From contig CAWIIB010000001.1 of the NCBI GenBank assembly GCA_963836075.1, positions 416,001 through 480,000 of the forward strand: a stretch of DNA of 64,000 bases, read 5' to 3'. Source of the DNA: an uncultured Acidobacteriota bacterium (GTDB lineage Bacteria; Acidobacteriota; JAQAZP01). Position numbers and translations under genes: made by a program. This document shows, one piece after another, positions 1-7,944 of this stretch. Under the pieces are notes generated by a model, which was given only the letters and a program-made list of their open reading frames with translations, was not told the origin of the DNA and searched no databases. The first letter of the stretch is position 1. Each line of letters opens with the position of its first letter.

Positions 1-219
1 ACCTGCTCCGTCCCCGAGGACCGCCGTTCCGCGGTGGCCTTCTACCGCCAGGCGCTGGCCGACGGCGGCTGGGAGGTGACCCTGGACAGCATGAGCGGAG
101 GAATGAACAGCATCTCCGCCCGCCGTGAGGACGGCAGCCGGTTGACGGTGAACGTCATCGTGAACCGCGAGGAACAGCGCACCATGATCGGGCTCTTTCA
201 CCGGCCGGCCCGGGACTGA
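1..219 (+). CDS. Hypothetical protein, C-terminal fragment (5' end outside window)
   Basis: Frame 1 is open from base 1 to TGA at 217-219, with GC-rich third codon positions, and is followed by a terminator. Confidence 0.7.
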   Translation, partial: TCSVPEDRRSAVAFYRQALADGGWEVTLDSMSGGMNSISARREDGSRLTVNVIVNREEQRTMIGLFHRPARD

Positions 220-239
220 ACCCACCAGGATCCGAAGGC

Positions 240-287
240 AAAAAAAGGCTGCCAACGGCGCTCAGGTCCGTTGTGCAGCCTTTTTTT
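240..287. terminator. Bidirectional intrinsic terminator
   Basis: A7-GGCTGCCAACGG...CCGTTGTGCAGCC-T7 between convergent genes. Confidence 0.85.
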
Positions 288-307
288 CATCCGGTGGAAC
301 CTTGGCC

Positions 308-1396
308 CTAGTTCGCGGCCTTGAACTCCTTCATCAAGGCCACCAGACGCTCCACACCCTCCCGGGGCATGGCGTTGTAGATCGAGGCACGGATACCGCC
401 CACCGAGCGGTGGCCCTTGAGGCCGTGCAGGCCCTTCTCCCCTGCTTCGGCGATGAACTTCATCTCCAGTTCCTCCGAGGGCAGACGCATGGTGACGTTC
501 ATCCAGGAGCGGTCGTCCTTGTTCACCACGGCGCCGCGGAAATAGCCGTCACTGCCGTCGATGGCGTCATAGAGCAGGGCCGCCTTGTCCCGGTTCATCT
601 GCTCAACGGCTTTTAGTCCGCCCAGGGATTTGACCCACTCCAGCATCTGCTCGACCATGTAGATCGGGCCGGAGGGCGGCGTGTTGAACATGCTGTCCTT
701 TTCCACGTGGGTCTTGTAACTGAACATGGTGGGCACGTCGTCGGCGGCCATCTCCAGCATGTCGTCGCGGAGGATGATCACGGTGACCCCGGCCGGGCCG
801 AGGTTCTTCTGCGCCCCGGCGTAGATCATGGCGAACTTCGACACGTCCAGCTCGTGGGACAGGATGTCCGAGGACATGTCGCTGATCAGGGGCACGTTGC
901 CCGTCTCGGGGAAGGTGCGGAACTGGGTGCCGAAAATGGTGTTGTTGGAGGTGATGTGCAGGTAGCGGGCATTGCCGTCCAGCTTCAGGTCGGCCAGGGC
1001 CGGAAGGTGGTTGAAGTTGTCGCCGGACGTGTCGCCGGCCACGTTGACCCCGCCGAAGCGCTTGGCCTCGGCAATGGCTTTCTTGGACCAGGTTCCGGTG
1101 TTGATGTAGTCCGCCGATCCGTCCCGGGTGAGGAAGTTCATCGGAATCATGGCAAACTGGGTGCTGGCGCCGCCGCCCATGAAGAGAACCTTGTAGTTGT
1201 CGGGGATACTCATCAGCTCCCTGAGCAGGTCCTGGGCGTGCTGGTGGATCTCCATGAACTCCGGTGAGCGGTGGCTGATCTCCAGGAAGGACATGCCGCA
1301 TCCCTGGTAGTCCACCACGTTGTCGCGGATCTTTTCCAGGACCGGCAGGGGCAGGGTTGACGGGCCCGGGTTGAAGTTGACTTTCCGTTCAGCCAT
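308..1396 (-). CDS. serC: Phosphoserine aminotransferase
   Basis: NFNPGPS, EISHRS, GGGASTQF, NNTIFG, DMSSD, GAQKN (PLP Lys), NTPP and GHRSVGGIRASIYNA motifs; RBS GGAGG. Confidence 0.97.
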   Translation of the reverse strand: MAERKVNFNPGPSTLPLPVLEKIRDNVVDYQGCGMSFLEISHRSPEFMEIHQHAQDLLRELMSIPDNYKVLFMGGGASTQFAMIPMNFLTRDGSADYINTGTWSKKAIAEAKRFGGVNVAGDTSGDNFNHLPALADLKLDGNARYLHITSNNTIFGTQFRTFPETGNVPLISDMSSDILSHELDVSKFAMIYAGAQKNLGPAGVTVIILRDDMLEMAADDVPTMFSYKTHVEKDSMFNTPPSGPIYMVEQMLEWVKSLGGLKAVEQMNRDKAALLYDAIDGSDGYFRGAVVNKDDRSWMNVTMRLPSEELEMKFIAEAGEKGLHGLKGHRSVGGIRASIYNAMPREGVERLVALMKEFKAAN

Positions 1397-1547
1397 GGTC
1401 TGATTCCTCCGCTAGACGCGTAAAATATCGACGCCCGCACGGGACATTCCCGGGCCGGCGATGGAAACCGCAATTCGGCAGGGCATGGTTTACCACATTT
1501 GCCCGCACGAATCCAGCGGGAATATCGGGTTCGGAAAAGGGATCGGC

Positions 1548-3206
1548 TCAGAAATTTGCCGGGAACCGGGAGCCGAAATAGCCGGAGAGCAGCGCCAGGT
1601 CGACGCCGTCCACCACGCCGTCCCCGTTGAGGTCCAGGTCGGGGTCCCAGCGTTCGGCCCCGGGCGACCCGCCAAAACCGTGACCCAGCCGGGCCAGGTC
1701 AATGCCGTCCACCCGGCCGCTGCCGTCGGTATCGGCCCCGCGGGGATCGAGGATCGCCCGTACCACGTCAGGGATCCCGTAACCGAAGGAGTTGTCCGGG
1801 TTGTTGTAGTGGCACCCCGAGAAGCAGAGGGCCTCGCGGACCTTGAGCGGGGTCCAGTCGGGGTGGGCTTCGATGACCAGGGCGGCCAGGGCGCCGATCA
1901 GGGGGGTGGAGAGCGAGGTGCCGTTGGCGTAGCCGTAGGTGTCCACGCCGGCGCTGCTGGCCCAGCGGGTGGCCACCCCCATGGCCGACAGTTCCGGTTT
2001 GCGGCGTCCGTCGCCGGTGGGCCCCCGGGAGCTGAAGCCGGCAATGTTCTCATCAGCGTCCACCGCTCCGCAGGAGAGGATTCTCAGTGCGTCGGCCGGG
2101 GCGTTGAGCGTGCCGCTGGACGGCCCCTCGTTGCCCATGGCGTTGGCCACCACGATACCGCGATCGGTGGCCAGGTTGGCCGCCACGGTGGTCACCGCGG
2201 TGCGCCCGTTGAGCTGGGCATAGGAGTATTCCGAGCCGTCATCGAAATAGCGGTAGGCCAGCGAACTGCTGATCACGTCGGCTCCCAGCGAGTCGGCCCA
2301 CTCCATGCCGGCCACCCAGTTGTCCTCCTCCACCTGGGTCTCCGAACGCACGTCCTCGGTCTTGGCCAGCACGTAGGCGGCCCCGTAGGCCGGACCGATC
2401 AGCTGGCCGGGCACGAAAGCGCCGATCACCGCCACCACTCCGGTGCCGTGCCGGTGCTGGCCCGGGTCGTCGCCTTCCTCGTTGCTGGTGTTGCCGTCGC
2501 CGAAGATAAAGTCATGCTGGGCCACGATGTTCATGCTCTGCAGGGCCTGGTGCCCGGTGCGAAAACCGGTGTCCATGCAGCAGACGGTCACTCCGCTGCC
2601 GCTGTAACCCATGTCGTGGGCCTCGGGCACCCGCAGCATCAGCAGCTGGGTCAGGGAGGGGCCGTAGTCAAAACGGTAGGACTGGCCGGTGGATGAGGTC
2701 CCGCTGGAAGCCGGCGGCGGCGCGGAAACCGCCGGAACCGACTCCACCCGGGTCATGGGGCGCACCGGCTCCAGCCGCTGTACCATGGCCAGGCGGCTCA
2801 CCGTCTCCAGCTCTTCTGGTGTGAGAAAAATGGAGGCCGCGTTGAGCCAGCGCGAGGAGTGGCGCAACGTTGCGGATGCGTGGGACTGCAGGGCGTCGAG
2901 ATAGGGCTGGTATACCGGGAGGTCGTGCTGGTCCACCAGCCGGCCGGTGCGGCGGTAGAGGGGCGACCGCCGCTTGAGGCGCTCCAGCCGTTCCGCGGAA
3001 TAGCCGGCGGCCAGCCGCTGCAACGCGGTTTCGGCGTCCGGACCCTTGTCGGCGAAGCAGACCCAGTAGCAGGTCCCTGGAGTACCCTCCTGGTCACCGG
3101 CCGCCAGAGCCGTGGCTCCGGCCGGCAGCACCAGGACAAAACTCACCACCAGCACCGCCAGCAGTGACGGAAACGGCCATTCCCTGAAATCGGTTGAACT
3201 GCTCAT
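1548..3206 (-). CDS. Secreted subtilisin-like S8 serine peptidase with C-terminal dockerin-like domain
   Basis: Signal peptide; catalytic DTG, HGT and GTSLSTP motifs; C-terminal paired DxDGxGxVDGxDL loops. Start moved to ATG 3206 (RBS GGGAGG). Confidence 0.9.
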   Translation of the reverse strand: MSSSTDFREWPFPSLLAVLVVSFVLVLPAGATALAAGDQEGTPGTCYWVCFADKGPDAETALQRLAAGYSAERLERLKRRSPLYRRTGRLVDQHDLPVYQPYLDALQSHASATLRHSSRWLNAASIFLTPEELETVSRLAMVQRLEPVRPMTRVESVPAVSAPPPASSGTSSTGQSYRFDYGPSLTQLLMLRVPEAHDMGYSGSGVTVCCMDTGFRTGHQALQSMNIVAQHDFIFGDGNTSNEEGDDPGQHRHGTGVVAVIGAFVPGQLIGPAYGAAYVLAKTEDVRSETQVEEDNWVAGMEWADSLGADVISSSLAYRYFDDGSEYSYAQLNGRTAVTTVAANLATDRGIVVANAMGNEGPSSGTLNAPADALRILSCGAVDADENIAGFSSRGPTGDGRRKPELSAMGVATRWASSAGVDTYGYANGTSLSTPLIGALAALVIEAHPDWTPLKVREALCFSGCHYNNPDNSFGYGIPDVVRAILDPRGADTDGSGRVDGIDLARLGHGFGGSPGAERWDPDLDLNGDGVVDGVDLALLSGYFGSRFPANF

Positions 3207-3255
3207 CGGCCTGCCTCCCGCAGTACGGCGTCCGGGACGCGGCAACCGGCGCTGG

Positions 3256-3351
3256 TCAGGCGGTCTTGTTCTTCGCCCGTTTTTTTCTCGCCTTGTGGGC
3301 CTGGCGAATACGCATCGCCGTCCGCTTCTTCTTGCTCTTGCTTCTGGGCAT
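3256..3351 (-). CDS. Small basic protein, 31 aa (MPRSKSKKKRTAMRIRQAHKARKKRAKNKTA)
   Basis: Translated by hand (below the ORF-track cut-off); GAGGT upstream of the ATG; 15 of 31 residues K/R, no acidic residues. Confidence 0.6.
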   Translation of the reverse strand: MPRSKSKKKRTAMRIRQAHKARKKRAKNKTA

Positions 3352-3470
3352 CTGTGCGGCACCTCTGTCTGTTGTCATGAAAAAGCGCAAGACCCTCAGT
3401 GGTCTTGCACCCGGAGCTTCCACCTACTATTGTAGATTTGACCGGCAGGACGGTCAAGGACAAGGATACC

Positions 3471-4181
3471 ATGGCGCGCAACGACCCGCACAGCCCATCC
3501 CGGCCCCCATCGCTGCAGATAGTGATCTGGCCCGCCCTGCTGCTGGCCGCAGGGACCCTCTCCTGCTGGATCTTTCACCTGGACCCGCTGATCTCCGGCC
3601 TCTTTTACAACGCCGGCGATTCAACATGGGTCGGCGACTCGCTGCCCGCGGTCCGCTTTCTCCAGTGGTACGGGGACTACCCCTCGGTGCTGCTGGGGAT
3701 GGCCGCGCTCTGGCTGGCGGTGGCCAGCCTGGGATCCGCGGACCTGAAGCCCTGGAGGCAGGCCGGCCTCTACCTGATGGTCAGCCTGGCCCTCTGCCAC
3801 ATCCTGGTCAACCCGGTGCTGAAGAAGCACTACAACCGGGCCCGGCCCAAAGAGACCGTTCTGTTCAACGGACAGCGCCCCTTCACCCCGGTGCTGGCGC
3901 TGCCCCGGGGGGACGAGAAGGGGCGCAGCTTTCCCAGCGGCCACGCCGCCGCCGGCTTTTCCTTCGTGGCCCTCTACTTCGCTTTCCGGGACCGCCGGCC
4001 GGCCCTGTCCCGCACCGGCCTGGCCCTGGGGCTGGCCCACGGCCTGGTCAACGGCGCGGGCCGACTGCTCCAGGGGGCGCACTTCCCCTCCGACGTGCTC
4101 TGGTCCTTTGGCGTGGTCTGGTTCGCCTGCTGGGGCCTCTACCGCTGGTGGTACCGCCCGTCCCTCACACCTCGAGAATGA
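3471..4181 (+). CDS. PAP2-family membrane phosphatase (lipid phosphate / lipid A phosphatase-like)
   Basis: KxxxxxxRP, PSGH and RxxxxxHxxxD motifs; several TM segments; RBS AAGGA before ATG 3471. Confidence 0.9.
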   Translation: MARNDPHSPSRPPSLQIVIWPALLLAAGTLSCWIFHLDPLISGLFYNAGDSTWVGDSLPAVRFLQWYGDYPSVLLGMAALWLAVASLGSADLKPWRQAGLYLMVSLALCHILVNPVLKKHYNRARPKETVLFNGQRPFTPVLALPRGDEKGRSFPSGHAAAGFSFVALYFAFRDRRPALSRTGLALGLAHGLVNGAGRLLQGAHFPSDVLWSFGVVWFACWGLYRWWYRPSLTPRE

Positions 4182-5352
4182 GCAGTTCCTCCTGCTCGCG
4201 GCCGGCCACGGTCACCTCGCCGGACGGGGTGATGAAGACATTGATTTCCGAGCGGGCGGCCATCTCCCCTTCGAGGTAGATGCCGGGTTCGATGGAGAAG
4301 CAGATCCCGGAGACCAGCTGCCGCTCGTCCTTGGTCTCCAGGTTGTCGATGTGCACCCCGTTGCCGTGGACCTCCTCGCCGATGGAGTGGCCGGTGCGGT
4401 GGACAAAGAACTCGCCGTAGCCCGCGTCCTCCACCACCTTGCGGCAGGCGTCGTCCACCTCCCAGCCGTAGACCGGCTCGTTGCTGGCGAAGCGGTCGCG
4501 GATAAAGGCCACCGCGGCCTTGCGCGCGTCGCGCACGGTGTTGAAGATCTCGCGGTACTTGTCCGGCACCGGGCCGGTGCCGATGAAGCCGCACCAGGTG
4601 ATGTCGTAGAACACCGCGCCGGGGCGGTCCAGCTTGGCCCAGAGGTCGATGAGCAGGGTGTCCCCCGCTTTCATGGTGTGGCTGTTCTCCGGCGTGGGCT
4701 CGAAGTGCGGGTTGGCCGGGTGTTCGTTGACCCCGACGATGGGGTATTCCCCGGTGCAGGTCATCCCCTCCTCCTCGAAACGCTGGACAATAAACTGCTG
4801 GATCTCGTACTCGGTGGGAGCGTCGCCGGCCTTGATCCGGCTGGCGATCAGGGCAAAGGCCTCGTCGCGGATGCGGTCCACCCGCTCCGCCGCGTCGAGG
4901 TGGCTCTGGTAGCCGTCCTCGTCCAGCACCGCCTCGAAGGTCTGCACCAGCCCGGCCGAGGAGACCACCTCCACCCCGGTGTTGCGCACCAGCTCGAGGA
5001 TGCCGCCGTCCACCATGGAGACGTAGGGGATGTTGTTCAACGGCGAATACTGCATGGCCACGGTCTGCAGGCCGGTGAGCAGTTCGCCGATCTTGCGGTG
5101 CAGCGAACGCCAGGAGAGGTAGAACTCCTTGCGGCCCGGCAACTGGTCCAGCTTGGTGGGCTCCACCTTGTGCGACAGCTTCACCGGCTCGCCTTCGGCG
5201 GGGATGAGGTAGAACCAGCGGCGGGAGGTGAACTTCTCCGGGTCCATGCCCAGAATGCGGTAGGCCAGGATGTCCCGGTTGTGAAAATCGCAGAACAACC
5301 AGCCGTCCACACCGATTTCTCTCAGTTCCGCCTGTATCTTTTGCAGGTCCAT
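4165..5352 (-). CDS. M24-family Xaa-Pro aminopeptidase-like peptidase
   Basis: PHFEP, IDLWAK, YDITW, HRTGHSIG, SIEPGIY and RSE metal-binding motifs. Confidence 0.92.
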   Translation of the reverse strand: MDLQKIQAELREIGVDGWLFCDFHNRDILAYRILGMDPEKFTSRRWFYLIPAEGEPVKLSHKVEPTKLDQLPGRKEFYLSWRSLHRKIGELLTGLQTVAMQYSPLNNIPYVSMVDGGILELVRNTGVEVVSSAGLVQTFEAVLDEDGYQSHLDAAERVDRIRDEAFALIASRIKAGDAPTEYEIQQFIVQRFEEEGMTCTGEYPIVGVNEHPANPHFEPTPENSHTMKAGDTLLIDLWAKLDRPGAVFYDITWCGFIGTGPVPDKYREIFNTVRDARKAAVAFIRDRFASNEPVYGWEVDDACRKVVEDAGYGEFFVHRTGHSIGEEVHGNGVHIDNLETKDERQLVSGICFSIEPGIYLEGEMAARSEINVFITPSGEVTVAGREQEELLILEV

Positions 5353-5481
5353 GGTCTCCTCCCTGATGCTGTTGATGAGCCAACCGACCTCCCCGGGGGG
5401 CAGGCCGGAATCTGATCGTTGCGGGGGAAAACGGTATCACCGGGCCGGGAGGGTGTCAATTGAAGAGCCCCCCCCGCAGGT

Positions 5482-7662
5482 TCAGGGCGCGTTGGCCACC
5501 ACGATGGTGGTTCTGGTGCAAGTGGAACCAGCGGGCATGTAGGGCGGCTGGTTGTACGGCGCCGGCGTCACATCCAGCGCGGTCAGACTGAAGGTGTTGT
5601 TGCCGATCAGTGTGGCCAGGGCCGGGATGGTCAGCGGGAACTGGACAGCGAAGACACTTGCCGGCGCCACATTGGTGTACCCGGCCCGCCAGGGGTTGAA
5701 CCACGTCCCGTTGCCGATGGTCACCGCGATCCGCGCGGCGATACGGCGGGTCCAGACGGCTCCTCCGGTCTGGAGGTTGTAGAGTGAGATCCGGTGAGTG
5801 GTTGGGAACGGTACCGTTCCGGTCGTGGGAGTGATGGTGTAGTCGCAGTCGATCCCGTGCGGCGTGTGATGCCAGTACACGGTCACGTTGTCGATCATCC
5901 ACCCGCTGGCGGTCACCGAACTGTCGGAAGCGAAGGCCAAGCGTGCCTTGAGTGACTCATCCTGCCAGAGCGCACCGGTAAAATCCCAGACATCGGTGAC
6001 CCAGCCGCCGGAGCTGCCGGTGAAGCCGCCGTGTCCTTCCACCCACGGGCAGAGCGGGTCGAAACCGCTGATCACACCGTCGGTGCCGTCAATCGGCTCC
6101 AGGTTGTAATACCACTGGTCATCGGTGGTGAACCAGACCACGCCGCCATCAAAACCGTTTTCGATATCGTAGCAGTGGTCGACGGCAAAGTAGACGTAGC
6201 CGCAGGAGAACACGGGTGTATCGAGGATCCAGCAGGCGTCTAGCGGGTAGTCGGTATGGAGGCCGGTGGCCCAGACGTTGCCGTCGGCGGTGCCGGAGCA
6301 AGGTCCGTGCGTCGGGCTCCCCCACTCCCAGCCGCCGGTGCCCTCAACGACAAACCCGCCGTCGTCGGCTTCGAAGTCCCAGAGGACTTCGATTTCGTTG
6401 TATCCGAAAACAAGACAGCAGGGATCGGCACAGTTTGATTCAGAGCCGGACAGACCGCAGACCTGGATACAGGTATAGCCGTAGCTGTGGGGAACCACCG
6501 TGGCGCTGGTGGCCGTTCCGGGAAGCGTTGTCTCCAGATCTCCGTCGATATGGATCTCGATGTTGTCGTAGGTGTCGTTGTTGGACCAGGTGAGGTCAAT
6601 GTCCCACGGTGATTCGATACACTGCAGATCGCCGGGGGCCTGGAGGCAGCTGATATCCACGTCAAGCTGGAACGGCCCGGACCCGCCGCCGCTGCGGCCA
6701 TCGACGATGATGTAGTAGGTCTCTGTGGCGGTGTCGCTGTAGCAGAAGGTTTCGTCCCCGCCGCCGGGCAGCCAGCCGCTGGCCCCGGCCACGCAGCTGC
6801 CGTTGACGTCGGCACAGTCGGTGACCATGTAGACCGCTCCGTTCCAGGACATCTCGCCCTGGTTCAGTGTGACGCAGATTTCACAGCCGGCCGGCAGGGT
6901 GATGCTGTACGTCAAATCAGGGCCCCCGTGTGCCATGCCACCCACACAGGCCGCACTGCAGTCGTAATCGCCAATGGCGAATGTGGTATCGCCGGTATGA
7001 CTGCTGGAACCGGGGGTGCCGGGCACGATGATGGCGCCGGCGCAGGTGTCGTTGGGTGGGGGAGGATTGTCGTGGACCACCAGGTAGGGCACGTTGGCAT
7101 CGGTGTGGCCGTCGATCTCCAGGTAGTAGGTGGCCGTGTTGTCACGGCTCACCGCACCGAAGCTGAACCAGTCCTGGCCCAGGGCGGCGGTGAGGTCGGT
7201 GTTGGCCGTACCGCCCAGCACCAGGGTCTTCCATCCGGGGTCATACATGCTGCCTTCGTTCTGATAGTTGTAGTACCCGGAGAGGGCCTCGGCCTGGGTA
7301 TCCTCCCAGAGCAGCGCAGCGGTTGAAGAGATGGGCACCGGATCCAGGGAGAGCGGGGTCACGCTCCAGTACGGATAGTTGGCGGCGTTGACATAGAAAT
7401 GCCATTCCACCGCCGATACCGTGGTGCTGTCAGGAATGGATGAAAGGTCGAACTTCAGGTAGCCGTTGCCCTTGCGCAGTGTGCCGGTGGTTGCCCCGCC
7501 GTAGATCAGGATCGGGCCGTCGTGCTTGGCCGCGTAGTCGGTGTATCCGGTGGTGTTGGTCTGGGTGGTGGGATAGACCGTCCAACTGTCGGCCAGGGCC
7601 ACGGAAAGGGCCAGCGGCAGGCAAAACAAGGCCGGCAGCAGGCAGTGGCGGACAGTGATCAT
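5482..7662 (-). CDS. Secreted multidomain protein (DNRLRE-like, PPC-like, FN3-like, MAM-like domains plus unknown C-terminal domain)
   Basis: Signal peptide; YLKFDLSSIP, PPNDTCAGA, YYIIVDG and WDFEADDGGF...GWMIDNV motifs; no catalytic motif recognised. Confidence 0.75.
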   Translation of the reverse strand: MITVRHCLLPALFCLPLALSVALADSWTVYPTTQTNTTGYTDYAAKHDGPILIYGGATTGTLRKGNGYLKFDLSSIPDSTTVSAVEWHFYVNAANYPYWSVTPLSLDPVPISSTAALLWEDTQAEALSGYYNYQNEGSMYDPGWKTLVLGGTANTDLTAALGQDWFSFGAVSRDNTATYYLEIDGHTDANVPYLVVHDNPPPPNDTCAGAIIVPGTPGSSSHTGDTTFAIGDYDCSAACVGGMAHGGPDLTYSITLPAGCEICVTLNQGEMSWNGAVYMVTDCADVNGSCVAGASGWLPGGGDETFCYSDTATETYYIIVDGRSGGGSGPFQLDVDISCLQAPGDLQCIESPWDIDLTWSNNDTYDNIEIHIDGDLETTLPGTATSATVVPHSYGYTCIQVCGLSGSESNCADPCCLVFGYNEIEVLWDFEADDGGFVVEGTGGWEWGSPTHGPCSGTADGNVWATGLHTDYPLDACWILDTPVFSCGYVYFAVDHCYDIENGFDGGVVWFTTDDQWYYNLEPIDGTDGVISGFDPLCPWVEGHGGFTGSSGGWVTDVWDFTGALWQDESLKARLAFASDSSVTASGWMIDNVTVYWHHTPHGIDCDYTITPTTGTVPFPTTHRISLYNLQTGGAVWTRRIAARIAVTIGNGTWFNPWRAGYTNVAPASVFAVQFPLTIPALATLIGNNTFSLTALDVTPAPYNQPPYMPAGSTCTRTTIVVANAP

Positions 7663-7745
7663 CAGGTCACCTCCCGAACTGACACGGTTAATCTGATGGT
7701 AAAAGTGCAGGTATGGTATATATCCTCCTCCTGGTCCTGATGTAG

Positions 7746-7774
7746 TGAATATATCCTCCGGGCGGTTCTGTCAA
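7746..7774 (-). promoter_or_regulatory. Sigma70-type promoter for the 726-aa secreted protein
   Basis: TTGACA-N17-TATTCA (or N15-TATATT) on the minus strand. Confidence 0.55.
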
Positions 7775-7794
7775 TCTCACCGAGAGGCCCACAG

Positions 7795-7830
7795 AAAAAA
7801 ACACCCCGGGGCCGCAAGGCCTCGGGGTGT
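7795..7830 (-). terminator. Intrinsic terminator
   Basis: ACACCCCGAGGCC-TTGC-GGCCCCGGGGTGT followed by a U-run on the minus strand. Confidence 0.85.
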
Positions 7831-7944
7831 CGTGTTGGGGAAACCCCGGCCGGCCTTCCTCCTCCAGAACGCCGTCCGTCAGCTCCCGCTGTTGCTGGTT
7901 ACGCAACGGCCAGGGGTACCCCCTTGCCGCTGCAGCCGAACCTA
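7831..7944 (-). ncRNA. Candidate structured RNA / structured 3' UTR
   Basis: Several stems found by hand, with G-U pairs that work only on the minus strand; lies between a stop codon and a terminator. Family not identified. Confidence 0.4.

Noticed and set aside
3203-3481. 92-aa minus-strand ORF and the 52-aa N-terminal extension of the S8 ORF
   Set aside because: Both overlap the better-supported 31-aa ORF in other frames, lack a clear RBS and have implausible composition.
7831-7944. SRP RNA, 6S RNA, tRNA-Sec or a pyrrolysine-type readthrough element
   Set aside because: No SRP domain IV motif, cloverleaf or 6S-like long duplex; the paralogous module on the M1 peptidase ends at the equivalent position with TAA, so readthrough is not needed. 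Kept only as an unnamed candidate RNA.
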